A stretch of DNA of 64,000 nucleotides from assembly GCF_009914755.1 (NCBI RefSeq), contig NC_060930.1; one strand, written 5' to 3'. Numbering within the stretch: position 1 is the first letter of the stretch; every line of letters starts with the position of its first letter. Shown one piece after another: positions 39,287-54,959 of the stretch. Source of the stretch: the human T2T-CHM13v2.0 reference genome, Homo sapiens. The position numbers were made by a program, and so were the translations under genes. Below the pieces are notes generated by a model. That model ran no database searches. It saw only the letters and a program-made list of their open reading frames with translations, and was not told the origin of the DNA.

Positions 39287-41802
39287 GGAGCCAGACCCTT
39301 TAAAGGATAAGAGGATCTCTGTGCTATCAAAGGGAAATGGCTGACGGAGGTGGTGTCAGGTGTGCAAGGGGAGTAAGGACATCATGAAGCTGGAAGGAGA
39401 CTTTGGAGGAAGCCGAGGCCCAGCACTGCAGTGAGAGTATATAAGAGCTCAGCAGCAGTTCAGTTTGGAGTTGAGATTAATAAAAGGAGCAGGAGTTAGG
39501 GTCAAAAGAGAAGCCTAAGTTTTGAGATCTCGGACGTGTGGAAGGTATCTGTCAAGGCCCAGCTTATGGTTTTGCCCATGGTAGCAGAAAGTAGTTGAAG
39601 AGGCATGGCAACAGGAAACCAGGATTCTAGAAAGGTCACTAACAAGGATATTGAAGTGACTATGGATGCCCACCTGGCAGGATGAAGAGACCACAGGACA
39701 GGTTCTAACCTTTCTGGAAGGTGGGAGAAGTGTTCAAGGCATGCAAGTGGTGGTAATAAATTACACGTGGTACACTTTGCAACAAGAGCTGTGAAGTATG
39801 TTTTAGATTTATAGGATTGAGTGGAGCAATTTTCTGTTCTCCTGGAGATGGGAGGTGAAGAGGGAATGGAAAGGCGAGGGACATTTCAGTTATGTACAGT
39901 GGTACAAGATGTGAACCAGAAAAGCTTTGGTGAGCGGGAGAGTTCATCATCAAGAGAGGTGATGGGAGTGCAGGAGTCCTACTGCTTAGTGCTTACTATT
40001 CAAACCCATGCTCCAACTCTCATCTTGGAAGTATTTACAAGAGGAGTGCATTGGTTCTCATGGAAAATGGGCAGAAAGGTCACAGATGCATCTATTGCTG
40101 CTGGGCAGAAATGACCAGCTCAGAAGTCAAAGACAAGGAAATAGAGGTTAGTTACATTATATAGATATGCTTCTTTCATTTACTGCAAATTCTGGTACAT
40201 CTACATTCTGATACATCTGTATCTCTAAGTTTGGTGTAAAATGCTCTGTGATTTCAAGTTGCTGTGGAGAAATCTTTCTGTGCACTTGAGCTCTTCTGGA
40301 ACTCCAGAGACACCAAGGATAATGCTTCAAACAACTACAAAATTCTCACAATTGATGACTACATTTACCCCTTCTCTTTTTTAAGCATAAAAATTGTTTA
40401 GTGCAATGTCTGCTTTCCGTGTAAGATCTGCTTAATCTGGATTCCCACTGATTTTTTCTGGGTTGTTTACGTGTTGATTTGGAAGGCTTGCAATCTCTAA
40501 GAATCTGTTAATGGTGGTCGTGTAGACCTGATCAAAGTTTGTTTATGATTTATTGTCCAAGTTTATAAGGTTTGTTTTCATTAAAGCTCTCAGAGATGGC
40601 ACAAGTTCTTTCTATGAGTAAAAACTTTCTGCTCAAATAGACCACTGGATATTTCATATTCATGCATGTGAAGGAGTACTACTCCTAAATCTGCATCTTA
40701 TAGCCATTATAAAAGGTTCCCAAGATACTCTTGGCTGACAGCTCCCTACATTGCAACTATGTGGATTAAATCACAGAGTAGTCTGATACTAGCGTGAAGA
40801 GCAAATCTCCTATGATACTATGCTAATCCCAGGAATGATCTGCCCTAGTTGGTATTTAATAAAGTGGTCCTTTTCTTTTATTATGGCAGCTTTTCTCTAG
40901 TACCTAATAGTGAATCTTTTGTGTCTCAAATATTTAGCTTCAACTATCCCAAGACAATAATTCACTGAGTTTTAGGACAGAGACAGAAGTAAGTGAAGAT
41001 GGTCTAAGCATTCTTCAAAGCTGTTATCTGAAGTTGCTGCTGCACTCTCCATGCAGGAAATGTAATAATATAATGACTCAGCTAATGACTGAGTACCCAC
41101 CATAAAGATTCCTCAGGTCAGGCAGCATTTAAACACGCCAGAGCATTATTTAAGGGGAGGGATCGAGGATTAGGCAAAGCAGATTGCATGATGATGTATT
41201 TAAGCTCTGTGCAAAAACATATGCATCCATCTAATTCTTATTGCTCTACGTGGCAGAAAATGACCTACAGACACATCGAACACCATGGCTACATAAACAG
41301 TAAGCAGAGAGCATGTATGAAGATATAGGTGCCTTTCAGTCAGGATGAGGTCAGGAAAAGAGACTCAGCATCAGTTTGTTAACAGAAGAAATTTCACAAA
41401 AGGAATTAGATAACAGATACTGGAGAGCTGAAAAGGCAAAGGCGACCACTGCAGCGACACCCTCCAGGCCAGGAGAATAAAGGGGGCAAGGATGGGGTTT
41501 TTAGAAGCTCAGGGAAAGGTGCTGATGTCTCAGCAGCTCTGAAGAGGGTCAGATGCCATTGAGGCTGTTGATGGTGTCTGGGTGACTTGGACGAGGGTCC
41601 CTGCATGCCAGGCTCAGGCATCAAAGTAACAGGCACTGACTGGCTGGGCAGGTGGCTCTAAGAGAGCATAGTGAGTCTAGTTCTGGAAGTATGAAAAGAA
41701 CTGGAACCAACTGCCACCACTTGGGGCAAACAGTTGCTTGGGTGAGAAGCAACTGTTTATTATAGGAACCAAACTCAAAACAGAAAAGAATAAGCCCCTC
41801 CT

Positions 41803-42760
41803 CAACCTACAGAATGGGAAAAATTTTTGCAATCTACCCTCTGACAAAGGGCTAATATCCAGAATCTACAAAGAACTTAAACAAAGTTACAAGAAAGAAA
41901 CAAACAACCCCATCAAAAAGTGGGCAAAGGATATGAACAGACACTTCTCAAAAGAAGACATCTATGCAGCCAACAGACACATGAAAAAATGCTCATTATC
42001 ACTGGTCATCAGAGAAATGCAAATCAAAACCACGATGAAGTATCATCCCATGCCAGTTAGAATGGCAATCACTAAAAAGTCAGGAAACAACAGATGTTGG
42101 AGAGGATGTGGAGAAACAGGAATGCTTTTACACTGTTGGTGGGAGTGTAAACTAGCTCAACCATTGTGGAAGACAGTGTGGCAATTCCTCAAGGATCTAG
42201 AACTAGAATTACCTTTTGACCCAGCAATCCCATTACTGGGTATATACCCAAAGGACTATAAATCATGCTACTATAAAGACACATGCACACGTATGTTTAT
42301 TGCGGCACTATTCACAATAGCAAAGACTTGGAACCAACCCAAACGTCCATCAATGATAGACTGGATAAAGAAAATGTGGCACATACACACCGTGGAATAC
42401 TATGCAGCCACAAAAAAGGATGAGTTCATGTCCTTTGCAGGGACATGGATGAAGCTGGAAACCATCATTCTCAGCAAACTATTACAAGGACAGAAAGCCA
42501 AACACCGCATATTCTCACTCATAGGTGGGAATTGAACAATGAGAACACTTGGACACAGGGAGGGGAACATCACATACCGGAGCCTGTTGTGGGGTGAGGA
42601 GCTGGGGGAGAGATAGCATTAGGAGAAATACCTAACGTAAATGATGAGCTGATGGGTGCAGCAAACCAACATGGCCCATGTATACCTATGTATCAAACCT
42701 GCACGTTGTGCACATGTGCCCTAGAACTTAAAGTACAAAAAAAAAAAAAAAAAAAAAAAA
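41803..42760 (+). mobile_element. 5'-truncated L1PA (PA5/6-like): ORF2 C-terminus, 3' UTR and poly(A)
   Basis: ORF 41738-42535 encodes the L1 ORF2 tail ([23 protein letters not shown]); TSD AAAAGAATAAGCCC(C/G)TCCT. Confidence 0.97.
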
Positions 42761-42809
42761 AAAAGAATAAGCCCGTCCTGACGGCATGAGCCTCCTTCCA
42801 GTCTCCCTC

Positions 42810-42828
42810 TAGTGCCCCCTAGTGACAG
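42810..42828 (-). promoter_or_regulatory. CTCF motif
   Basis: Minus strand TGTCACTAGGGGGCACTAG closely matches the CTCF core CCACYAGRKGGCRC. Confidence 0.55.
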
Positions 42829-44076
42829 AATTTGAGAAGGATCTGGCAAAGGAGGGCTGGACCTGGTAAGGTCCCAACGCAGTGTGACACAGCAGGATAT
42901 ATAGGAAGAGGTCAGGAGGTAAGGAGCAAAGGCTTAATAACCCAAACAAGATGCACATGCACCTTATAATCCCGTCTACATGCAGGGAGGAAGGTAAAGC
43001 AGTAAACTAGGTTACTGTGTTCTGTGTATCACCCTTACTTAAATTTGGAATAACCCTAGGGGCTTTCTTAAATCAAAGTCTTAAATTTGTTTTGCCCATC
43101 CAGTGTTTCTAAATCAGATTTTTTTTAACTGTTCCTTCAGTTATATACCAAAAGTATCTCTACAAATTGATGTTAGGAACTTTCTGAGCCCTAAATCAAT
43201 ATAGTAAGAGAATCATTTCTGGGTAGAATGAAAAAGAAATTTTCAGACTGGGTTCATGCTTATATTCTATACGAAGCCTAGCCCTGCTTTTCCAAAGAAG
43301 TAGTGACACATATGGAAATGACAACCAGCAAGACCCAAGTCTGACAAGGAGGCTGAATTGCCCCTTTAGAATTATCATTTCTGCCACCTCCCAGCACTTT
43401 ACCACTTACCTAAAAGAAGACAAAATAATAGACTCTTTTGCTTCCAGTACCTATAATGTACATTTCCAGGTTTGTTTTGGAGTACAGCTGTGAAATCCTT
43501 CAGCACTGACATAATTCTCTTCCCTCCAATTGTGAAGTGTTCTTTGAGCAATGTAATTGTTCCCCACTGCAATTCTTACAGCAGCGTGTCAGCATGCCAA
43601 TCACTTCTTCTTCTTCCAGTTCTGATTCTTCCAGTTCCCTGCTGTGTTAACACCCAGAATGAGTCCTTCCAGCTGTTGAAAGATGTCAGCATATTTATAT
43701 GAACTACTTTATGTTTCCTGGGGAAATGTTCTAAAAGAAAAGAGATCTTGGCCGGTATGCTTGTGATTCTGCAGAGATGTGACTTGGCTTGCATTTATAT
43801 TTTCTTTGGGGTCAGTAATAGTATTAAGTATTTCAAATGGCACATGTGACTACACAGTGTCACTTTATCTTAACTGAGCTTTGGTCATCTGTATTCCATT
43901 CAATTAGACTACACATATCACTCAGATATCTCTTCTGGAAATGAGAAAATTTGTCTTGTGGTAGGTTCTCCCAGGAAAACCTTGAAGATATCATTTATTG
44001 CAATGTTGCTGGACAGCACAAACTCATGGAACTTTTTCTGACATTTCAAATTTCTCTTTATCTTATGTTTGCATAA

Positions 44077-44474
<398 letters not shown>

Positions 44475-44509
44475 TCTTCAAGATTCTTGATAGGAATTGT
44501 TAAACCTCC

Positions 44510-44952
44510 TGTTACAGGCTGGATTGTATCTCCAAAAAGATGTATGGAACCTGACCCCTGGTACTTGTAAATGTGACTTTATTTGAAAATAGAGTGTACA
44601 GATATCATTAAGATGAATGTTAAGATGAGATCATACTGGAGTAGGTCAGGCCTTTAATCCAATATGACTGGTGTCCTTATGAAAGGAAGAGAGAGAGAGA
44701 GACAGAGGGAAGACAGCCGTGTGAAGATAGAGGCAGAGATTGGCCACAAACCGAGGAATACCTGGGGCTACCAAAAGCTGGAAGAGGCAAGAAAAGACCC
44801 TTCCTCCCCTAGAGGCTTCAGAGACAGCATATCATTGCCAACACTTTGATTTTGGACTTTTGGCCTCCAGAACTGTGAAAAAGTAAATTTACGCTGTTTT
44901 AAGCCACCCAGTTTATGGTACTTTGTTTCTGTAGCCTTAGAAAACTAATACA
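44510..44952 (+). mobile_element. MLT1B/C-like MaLR LTR
   Basis: TGTTACAGGCTGGATTG..AATCCAATATGACTGGTGTCCTTAT..GAAAACTAATACA; TSD CCTCC/CCTCT. Confidence 0.85.
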
Positions 44953-45654
44953 CCTCTCAAATCTGCCAACTAAAATTTTAACAGAATAGATTTCTTTTTC
45001 ACACTTTCCCTGTCTCTGCTTTCTTCTAAGTTAGTGCCTTCAGCACTAGTGAGCTCTTCCCTTCTTTTGCATTGGCTGAACACAGAAACAAAGAATTCTA
45101 TAAACTCCTTCAAGGACACTCCTGGTAGATGCTGTGGCCCGTGCCTTTGCACGCACTGTCTGATAATTGTGGGGCATCCTGGGAATGGGTGCAGCATCGT
45201 TGGTGTTACATTTGGGACACTGTACATGCCCAGTTAGCACTGGCCACTGCTGTGACTAAAGAGAAAAGCCCACAAGCAAATTTTAGAACTCCCAGCATCT
45301 TCACCCAGTTCAATAAACTTGTTTCTTAGTTGCCCTGGATTTACAATCTTGTATTTCAATTCTCTACAAGCATGCTATTCTATAACAAGCAGAATCCCAG
45401 GACTGCCATAGGATACCTCTCTCTGATGTAGGTCCAGAGGTTTGTTTAGTTCCGAAAGAGCACTATCCCAGGCCTGCTCCCTCATGTGTGTGTCCCTAAT
45501 TTCTCCTAATTATGATGATTCTGGATCTGCACTCTCTTAGTGTTCTAGGGGTCTCTAACCAGATACTTCCTTATTCTTATACCTCTATCGACAGTTCCAT
45601 TTCAGAATGTCACAATGCTAAACATACCTGTGATTTCAAAGTTAAGTTATACCG

Positions 45655-46735
<1,081 letters not shown>

Positions 46736-47657
46736 AAAAGACATGTACATTAGAATGGAATAAATAAAACCATCCCTATTTGTAGATGACATGGTTGTCT
46801 ACATAGGCAATCCAAGAAATCTAAAAAAAAAAAAAATTCCTAGAATAAGGGAGTTCACCAAGGTACAAGGTGAACACACAAACATCAATCACCTGTTTAT
46901 TTATAAACAAGCATGTGGACATAAAAACTAAAAACACAATACCATTCATAATTGCTGCAAACTAAAAGAAATATTTGGATACCAATCTAACAAAACATTC
47001 TATACATTGAAAATTGCAAAATGCTGAAGACAGAAGTCAAAGTAGCCCTAAGTAAATGGAAAGGCATGCCGTGTGAGTGGATTGGAAGACTTAACATAGT
47101 AAAAATGTCAGTTATCTCCAAAGTGACCTATAGGTTAAGGCAATTTCCATCAAATTCCCAGGAAGGTTTTTCTCCCATCCACATGCTTATTTTTAAATCT
47201 ATATGGAAAGTTGAAGGACCTAGAATACCTAAAACAATTTGAAAAGAACAGAGTGAGAGGAATCACTCTACATGATGTTAAGGCTGACACTTTAGCCACA
47301 GTAGTCAAGACAGTGCAGTATTGGCAGAGAGCTAGACACAGACCAATGAAATAGAATAGGGAACCCAGAAAGAGACTCACACAAATATGCCCAACTGATT
47401 TTTGACAAAGGTGCAAAAGCAGTTCAATGGAGGAAAGACGGTCTTTTCAGCAAATGATGTTAGAACAACTGACATCCATAGGCAAAAACCAATAATAATA
47501 AGTACTTCAACCTAAACTTCACACCTTATATAAAAATTGACTCCATATGTATCATGGGCTTACATGTAAAACATAAAATCAAAATACTTTTAGAAAAAAA
47601 TTAAAAAATATTTAGGACATATGGGTAGGTGAAGAGTTACGTATCTGACACCTAAAG

Positions 47658-47936
47658 CAGTAGTCCCCAACCTTTTTTGGCACCAGGGACCAGTTTTGTG
47701 GAAGACAATTATTCCCCAGACACAGGGCGGGAGGGTGGTGGGCATTAGATTATCACAAGGAGGGTGCAACCTACATCCCTTGCATGTGTGGTTCACATTA
47801 GGATTTTTGCTCTTACGAGAATCTAAGGACCCTACTGATCTGACAGAGGTGGAGCCCAGGCCCTAATGCTTACCTCCTGATGCGTGGCAGGGTTCCTACC
47901 AGTACAGGACCATGGCTCTGGGATTGGGGACACCTG
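47658..47936 (+). mobile_element. MER1B (hAT-Charlie MITE)
   Basis: CAGTAGTCCCCAACCTTTTTTGGCACCAGGGACC...TTGGGGACACCTG; 8-bp TSD ACCTAAAG. Confidence 0.9.
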
Positions 47937-48166
47937 ACCTAAAGCACAATCCATAAAAAGGAAAAACTGATAAATTGGAGCTCAACAAAATTAAAAACTT
48001 TTGCTCTTCCAAAGACCCTCTTAAAGTCATGTAAACACCAGCTACAGACTGGAAGAAATTGTTTGCAGACCACATATCCAACAAAGTTTTTGTATCTAGA
48101 ATATATAAATAACTCAGCATTCAACAGCACAAGACAAAAAGCCCAATTAGAAAATGGGCTGCTTCC

Positions 48167-48458
48167 GGCCGGGCGCAGTGGCTCACGCCTGTAATCCCAG
48201 CACTTCGGGAGGCCGAGGTGGGCAGATCACCTGAGGTCAGGAGATCGAGACCATCCTGGCTAACGCGGTGAAACCCCGTCTCTAATAAAAATACAAAAAA
48301 TTAGCCAGGCATGGTGACGGGTGCCTGTAGTCCCAGCTACTCAGGAGGCTGAGGCAGGAGAATGGCATGAACCCCGGAGGCGGAGCTTGCAGTGAGCTGA
48401 GATCACACCACTGCACTCAAGTCTGGGCGACAGAGCAAGACTCCGTCTCAAAAAAAAA
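48167..48458 (+). mobile_element. AluY-like (mosaic)
   Basis: GAGATCGAGACCATCCTGGCTAAC and GGAGCTTGCAG; TSD AGAAAATGGGCTGC(T/A)TCC. Confidence 0.96.
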
Positions 48459-49479
48459 AGAAAATGGGCTGCATCCATGAACAGACATTTCACTGAAGAG
48501 GATATACAGATGGTTAATAAGCACATGAAAAGATACTCAACATCATTGGCCATTACATCTCTGTACATTAAAACCGCAAGCAGATATCACTATACACCTA
48601 TGAGAATGGCTAAAATAAAAAATAGTGACAATACCAAATGCTGGCAAGAATGAAGAGAAACTATATATTTATATATTGCTGGTGGGAATGTAAAATGGTA
48701 GAACCACTTTGAAAATTCGTTTGGCAATTTCTTTTAAATCTAAACATGTTGGTACCATACGGCTGAGAAATCCCAAACTCTTGGGAATTTATCCCAGAGG
48801 AATGAAAATGATGTTCACACGAAAATCTGTTCATGAATGTTCATAGCAGTTTTATTTATATTTGCCAAACACTAGAAGTAACCCAGATGCCCTTCAAGGG
48901 GTAAAAAGTTAAACACACTGTAGCACATTCAGCGCTACTGCTCAGTAATAAAAAGGAACAAACTATTGATATACACAACAGCGTGAATCAATTTCAAGGA
49001 AATTATATTGAGGGGAAAAAAGCCTATTTCAAAAGGTTATACACTGTATAATGGTTACACAACATTCTAGAATATTCTTGAAATAACAAAATTATAATGT
49101 TGCCAGAGGTTGGGAATGGGGGCGAAGGATCAGGTATGTCTATAAAGGAGTAACACAAGGGAGCCTCATGGTGCTGGAATAGTTCTGTATCTTGATTATG
49201 GTGGTGGCTACATGAAGCTACACGAAGCTACACACCAGGTAAAATTGCATGAGCTGTACACACACACAAATGGGCACATGTAAAGCTGTAGAAATCCACA
49301 TAAGCTCTGTGGCTTGTACTGATGTCAATTTCCTGGATTTCATACTGTACTATTGTTAGATAAGATGTTACCATTGAGGGAAGATGGGTGAAAGAGTGCA
49401 CAACACATCAACATGTTTTTTGAAGCTTCCTGTGAATCTTTTATTATTTCAACATAAAAAGTGTTAAAAAATTAAATTT

Positions 49480-49595
49480 TGTACACCATTTGAGTTCTAA
49501 TTCCTACCAGCAATGTATGAATGATTCCATTTCTCCACATCCTTACCAGCATCTGCTGTTGTCACTGTTTTTTATTATAGCCATTCTGATAGGTT
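49480..49595 (-). mobile_element. L1M fragment, antisense
   Basis: TTCCTACCAGCAATGTATGA..CTCCACATCCTTACCAGCA..TAGCCATTCTGATAGG. Confidence 0.75.
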
Positions 49596-51343
49596 TTGTT
49601 CTTTTCTTGCTTGTGTAGGGATACATTTTAATGTTTTCTTGTTTGCACGCTTTATTTTGAATTGTTGCTATCGTTGTTTTGCTAAAAGCTGAAGTACTTT
49701 GGCACTTTACTGAATACTCTGATTAAAATTTCCCACCTTATTTTTAAAATAATCAAAATTTAGAGAGCTTGACTTAAAAAATCGATACTACTACTGTAGG
49801 AAACTGAGGTTGATCTATAAAGTAGTTCTTCAAAGGCTTTAAACTTTTTAAAGCCAATTGACAAGGCAGCAAAGAGAAAGATGTACTGCCATACTGAAAT
49901 ATTTTATTGTTTCCAACGTAAGCTTCATAACAGAGTTTAATTCGTTTAATTCTGGTTGAGTGACTAGAAATTGAAAATTCTCAAAATCACACTGTCTGTG
50001 CCAGCTGGCAAAATATTATATCTTGTTTGAACCCTTGGGGTATGATTATGGTGAAGCCTCATGGAGGAACACCAAAGTTTATCACTAAGTCCCCAAAATC
50101 AATTATTGTCTCTGGAATCCATATCAGATACCAAAGGCCACTGGAGTGACCTCAGAATTAGTCATTAGAGAAACAGATGTAGATTTATCAGAAAAACTTT
50201 CCCAAGAAGCCAGCCTTCAGAAAATGTCAGTGCATTCAACTAAAAAACCATGTTGATTTCATGAAAGTTCTGCATTTATGTGTGTTTACAATGTAAATAG
50301 GTTCTGCCTACAATGATTAAAGAGAAGAGAAATGACCTAGTGTCTGTCATCACCTCCATGTATTGGTGATAAAACTGATTTGGAACAACATTACCTGCCT
50401 GGTTAACTGAATATGGCAGCGTTGGTCACTTTCCCCTGTCTCATTAGCGAGGTTGATGAGGGTTCATTATGTATTCATGAGGCTGAGGCAGAGTGCATCT
50501 TTTCAACTAAAAAGATTAAGCCTGCTACAGCAACTGCTTCAGCTCAGGTAGCAAACATATGTAAAAGGAATTCTCATTATCCCTCCTCCCTTGAACCTGA
50601 CGGGTTTGATTTTCAGTGTCACCTGCCTTCACACATATGACTGTGAAGCAGTTAAGGGTTATTCTGGGTAAAGATTTGCAGGAGTTTAAAGTATTTGCCA
50701 ACAAAGGACAGCTTTATGAAGCTGATCTCTAGTAACTGAAGATGTCAGAAACCTTGATACTAGTAAGATGGGGTTGGAGGAACTCTGCCTATTATTATTT
50801 CAAATATGAACATGATAGGCAACAACCAGTAATCCTGGAGCCTCAGACAAATCCACATTCTAAAAACATCAAGCTGCCTGAGAATGGAACTGGTTGTGAG
50901 ATTGTTGAAGGATGCATTTTCTTCCACAAAAAGCCAAGTACAATCTCCAGGTGTACTGGAGTGATGCTGTGTTGCTGATACCTGCTGTGATGCTGGGGAA
51001 TTCCCTGCTAGGAAAATTCAAAATGAAAAAGAGCAAGCCACTTAAGACACGATGAAGAACAGATAATTTATACAAACACCCACACTTAATTCTTAAACAC
51101 TGCAAGCATGAAGAGTTGGCTCATGTAATGTTGAAGCCAAGGTCATGGAATACCTCTAGCTAGAATAGTTCGTGCTGTGCCAACATGATCATAATTCAGT
51201 GCCATAATTAGTATCTCTTCAAGAATAAGTATTTGCCTGACTTCTCACTTGAGTCCAGGGTTAGGGAGTGCTTGGTACTACCAGTTAATAGACCTGTCGG
51301 AGACAGCTCATGGCTCTCTGAATCAGAAGCAGGCTTTAATTTC

Positions 51344-51644
51344 TTTTTTTTTTTTTTTTTTGAGATGGAGTCTTGCTTTGTCACCCAGGCTGGAGTTCAG
51401 TAGCGCAATCTTCGCTCACTGCAACCTCCGCCTCTCTGGTTCAAGCAATTCTCCTGCCTCAGCCTCCCAAGTAGCTGGGATTACAGGCATCTGCCACCAC
51501 ACCCGGCTAATTTTTGTATTTTTAGTAGAGATGGGGTTTCACTATGTTGGCCAAGCTGGTCTCAAACTCCTGACCTCAGGTGATCCACCTGCCTCAGCCT
51601 CCCAAAGTGCTGGGATTACAGGCATGAGCCAATGAGCCCACCCT
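51344..51644 (-). mobile_element. AluS (Sx/Sz-like)
   Basis: Full dimer; TSD AGGCTYTAATTTCT. Confidence 0.96.
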
Positions 51645-52564
51645 AGGCTCTAATTTCTGTTTTAACCTACCTTTAATCACTTCCCTTCTTAGATGAAGTT
51701 GTTTCTTGTGGCTCCAATGAGTGCTAATGAACAGCCTGGTATTTTCCAAGGAGTAGCAGATTAGCAAGGGTTTGATTCAATGGTACCCTCTCTATATCTG
51801 TAAGAAATTTCCATGGATTTAAGAGCTACAAAGTTATGTTTATTTTTCCACCAGTCTAGAGTTATTAGTGAATACACTGTTTATAAGGAAAGGAAAGCAT
51901 GTTTTTCCAGTCTTCCCTTCTCCAACCCTGCATGAATCAGACACTCCCATTTACTTCCGCATGGACACTCACCTTGCTGGGCCCAGGTCCTTAGACTGGT
52001 TCCTGTTTCTAGGTCCCAGGCCATTTCTGGATTCAAGATTTCCCTTTAGAAAAATACTTTCTTCCATGCAAGGCAGTGCCTTCAAGGCCTTTATTTTCTG
52101 GTAAGTAACTCCTTTCTTGTAGTTATGCCCTAGAGTCTAAGATACTCTCTTGCTTTTCCCTAACATGACATCTTGTGCTTTAGGTGGATCTCTAAGACTT
52201 AGTTACTCTAAGTTAATATGTCTCCTGAAAACTTTGGGTCCCAGGTAGAACCAATTTCTATCCTGGAGTATATCTTTCCAAAAGTAATAAGAGGGAGTGA
52301 CTCAACCAGATAAGTACCTTATTTGTAAAATCACACTAAGCCAGCACAAACCTCTTTTGTTTAAATCTCCACATGTCAAAGCATTGTGTAAGTGCATTTT
52401 GGTTTCTAGTGACATTGTCCTGTCTGGAAGGCCACCCCTGACCCATTCTGCCCATGTTGATATTTAAACAAACATGTGTTTGTACTCCAACAATAGATTT
52501 AAGAGCATCACCTTTTCCTAACCTGTCTGTAATCTGTTTATAAGGGTCGAAGCAGCTCAGGCTG

Positions 52565-52568
52565 CTGT

Positions 52569-52620
<52 letters not shown>
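52565..52620. repeat. (TG)n microsatellite
   Basis: Seen directly. Confidence 0.97.
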
Positions 52621-52622
<2 letters not shown>

Positions 52623-54959
52623 AAATCTCTAATCTCCATCTTGTCTCTATTCACTATTCCCTACCTCTTCCACACCCAATATCCCCCAGTAGAAAAGATT
52701 CCCAGGGATTCTCATGAGCCAGCCTCTGTTTTCAGCAGACCCTTTTTAAAAGTCTGAAATATGAAAGATCTTCTAGATGTCTCTATTAGTTGGAAAAGGG
52801 AGGAAGCCTGACCGATTAAGAGGCCTGATGTTGCCAGCCAGTTTATGTTGAGGAAATGGGGAAGAAGGGACCCTTTCCAAAAGCCTGTATGGGGAAAAGG
52901 ACATCTATGAACCTTTTGTGAGGATTCGTTCTTGGTCCTCTGTAACACATTCCTCACTTCTAACAGCGTTGCAGGCTCCTGCTGGCTGTTTTCTATCCAT
53001 TTAGGGAAAAAGATATTTCAATAGTGAAAGCCACTGAACAGCATAAGGTTATGATAGTGACCATATTGAGAAGGTAAGATAGTTGTTGTAGGATTGGCCA
53101 TAAGTAAGGTTCCAGCTTTGGGGAAAATATTAGTAAACTACCCTCTGAAATGAGTATTCTTACTCATTTTTGTGAAAGTCTCCCCCAGGATGAATTATCA
53201 TGTGGGATCTGCTTTAAGATAATCCAATAAGAAATAGAAGAAGGAAGATTGGATACAGATTAATAACTGATGAAACCAGATGACTGGCACATGGGATTTC
53301 ACATTATTCTTTCTACTTTTGTGTAGAATTAAGAGTTTTTATAATAAAAATGTTTTACATCTCCCCAGGAGACACCCACCTAGGACATGTTTTGTAAATG
53401 TGTTCCTGATAATATAGCACTGCCAAAACCCCAGGACTGTCTCTCAGTCAAAGGTATTGATTTAACATGTAGCTTTTGAAGGGCACGCTGTATTCTTGTT
53501 GCCTATTGCCTGTTTGCTCCAAAGGAGTGTACTCATGACAGAAATTTGGGTAAGTTGATAAAAGAATATTAAAACACTGCTGCATATGACTTGGGTTAAG
53601 AGTATGCTTTCTTGTATATGCATACAATGTTTCTGGAAGAATTCACTATTTGCTTCTAGACAGGGAAGCCAGGTTTCTGAGGAAAGGGATTGAGAGGCTA
53701 GGTTTAAATAAATTAAAATTAAATGATTAAATGAACAAAACTATGCTGTCACTGGAGGGTTAGATTTGTTACTACCTGTGATACTGTCCCAAGTGAAAGT
53801 GATCTGCCCAGTGAGCCTAAAACCAAGTTAATTAAAGATTATGTACCTAGCTCCATTGTTTAGCAGTTGAGTAACAACTGCTTGACAGACTCAACTTGAT
53901 GAATCAGTACATTAGGGCATCAGTTAAGCTGTTTAACTCCAGCCTTGGAACCACCGTGGAGACAATAGCTTTTGCTCACATTCTTAAAATGCTGCAGGAT
54001 TATGTCCATAGTACATGAGAAGGTGCAAACTTCTCAAAGCTCATCTATACCCTCATCTCTGCAAGTGGACTTCTTAGAAAAATGACTTAGGAATGATATG
54101 GAAGATACACAAGCTGTCCCAACTGAGTGGGAACAAAGGCATCCCTGCAGGCAGGCAGGAAAGGGCCCCCTAACTGAGATGATGGCACCCCTGAAATCTG
54201 CACTTTTCGGTGAATTTGCCATGAAACTATTCTTACACCTGAGAATGTGAACCTGCCTGTGTTACAAAGCTCCTGATCTTTTCAATGCAGAGAGAACACT
54301 GTTCCTCTGAAAGAACAAGCTGGCACAGTTATTGCTAGCTGCTGCCACAACATCCTTGTTTCAGAAGAAAACAGATGAACTGGAAGTCAGGAAAATCTGC
54401 TTATGATTTTTGGCCTCAAGACACGCATGTTGAAGTTCATCATCCCAAATGCGGGAGCATTCGAAAGACTGGTAAATGAATGGAGTCTTTACAACTGCTT
54501 CTGATGTTGGAGTGACTATATGCTATTTGAGTATATGTGTTAAACAAGTCCATGATGTTCTTCTACAAACAGAAGAACAGCGGGGCACATTTACCTATTT
54601 AGGGGAGGGAGCTGGAATCTATAGCCAGTTATGAATTGACTTAGAAAACAGAACCAAAGCAAATGTAATACCAGTTTTTAGACAATGCTTATGACTTGTG
54701 CATATGTCTCTGCTGAAGCATTACTAGGCTGTTGGATTGAGGCAGAGAAGAATTGACAATTTCTAGTTGAAATATCACCTGCAGTTCATCCAGGACTCTG
54801 TTCCAAAGACAGAAGCCATAACCTGTATTAATTCTTTCTGTTCCATCAGTCTGCTCAGCTTATTATGGACTACTCTTGAGGACATGAAGATTCTTACGTG
54901 TGTAATGAGATGTACCAAACCGCAACATTCTTGGGTGCAGAGAACCAGCAAAAATTGAA

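Larger units (their letters stand above)
41333..42930 (-). mobile_element. LTR41-like ERVL LTR split by L1PA
   Basis: GTCAGGAAAAGAGAC..GGAGAGCTGAAAAGGCAAA; CAGTCTCCCTCTAGTGCCCCCTAGTGACAGA..CTGGCAAAGGAG..GCTTAATAAC. Confidence 0.55.

Noticed and set aside
41738-42535. Longest ORF (265 aa) as a gene
   Set aside because: It is the C-terminus of L1 ORF2 in a 5'-truncated L1PA; the start is a non-ATG codon in flanking DNA
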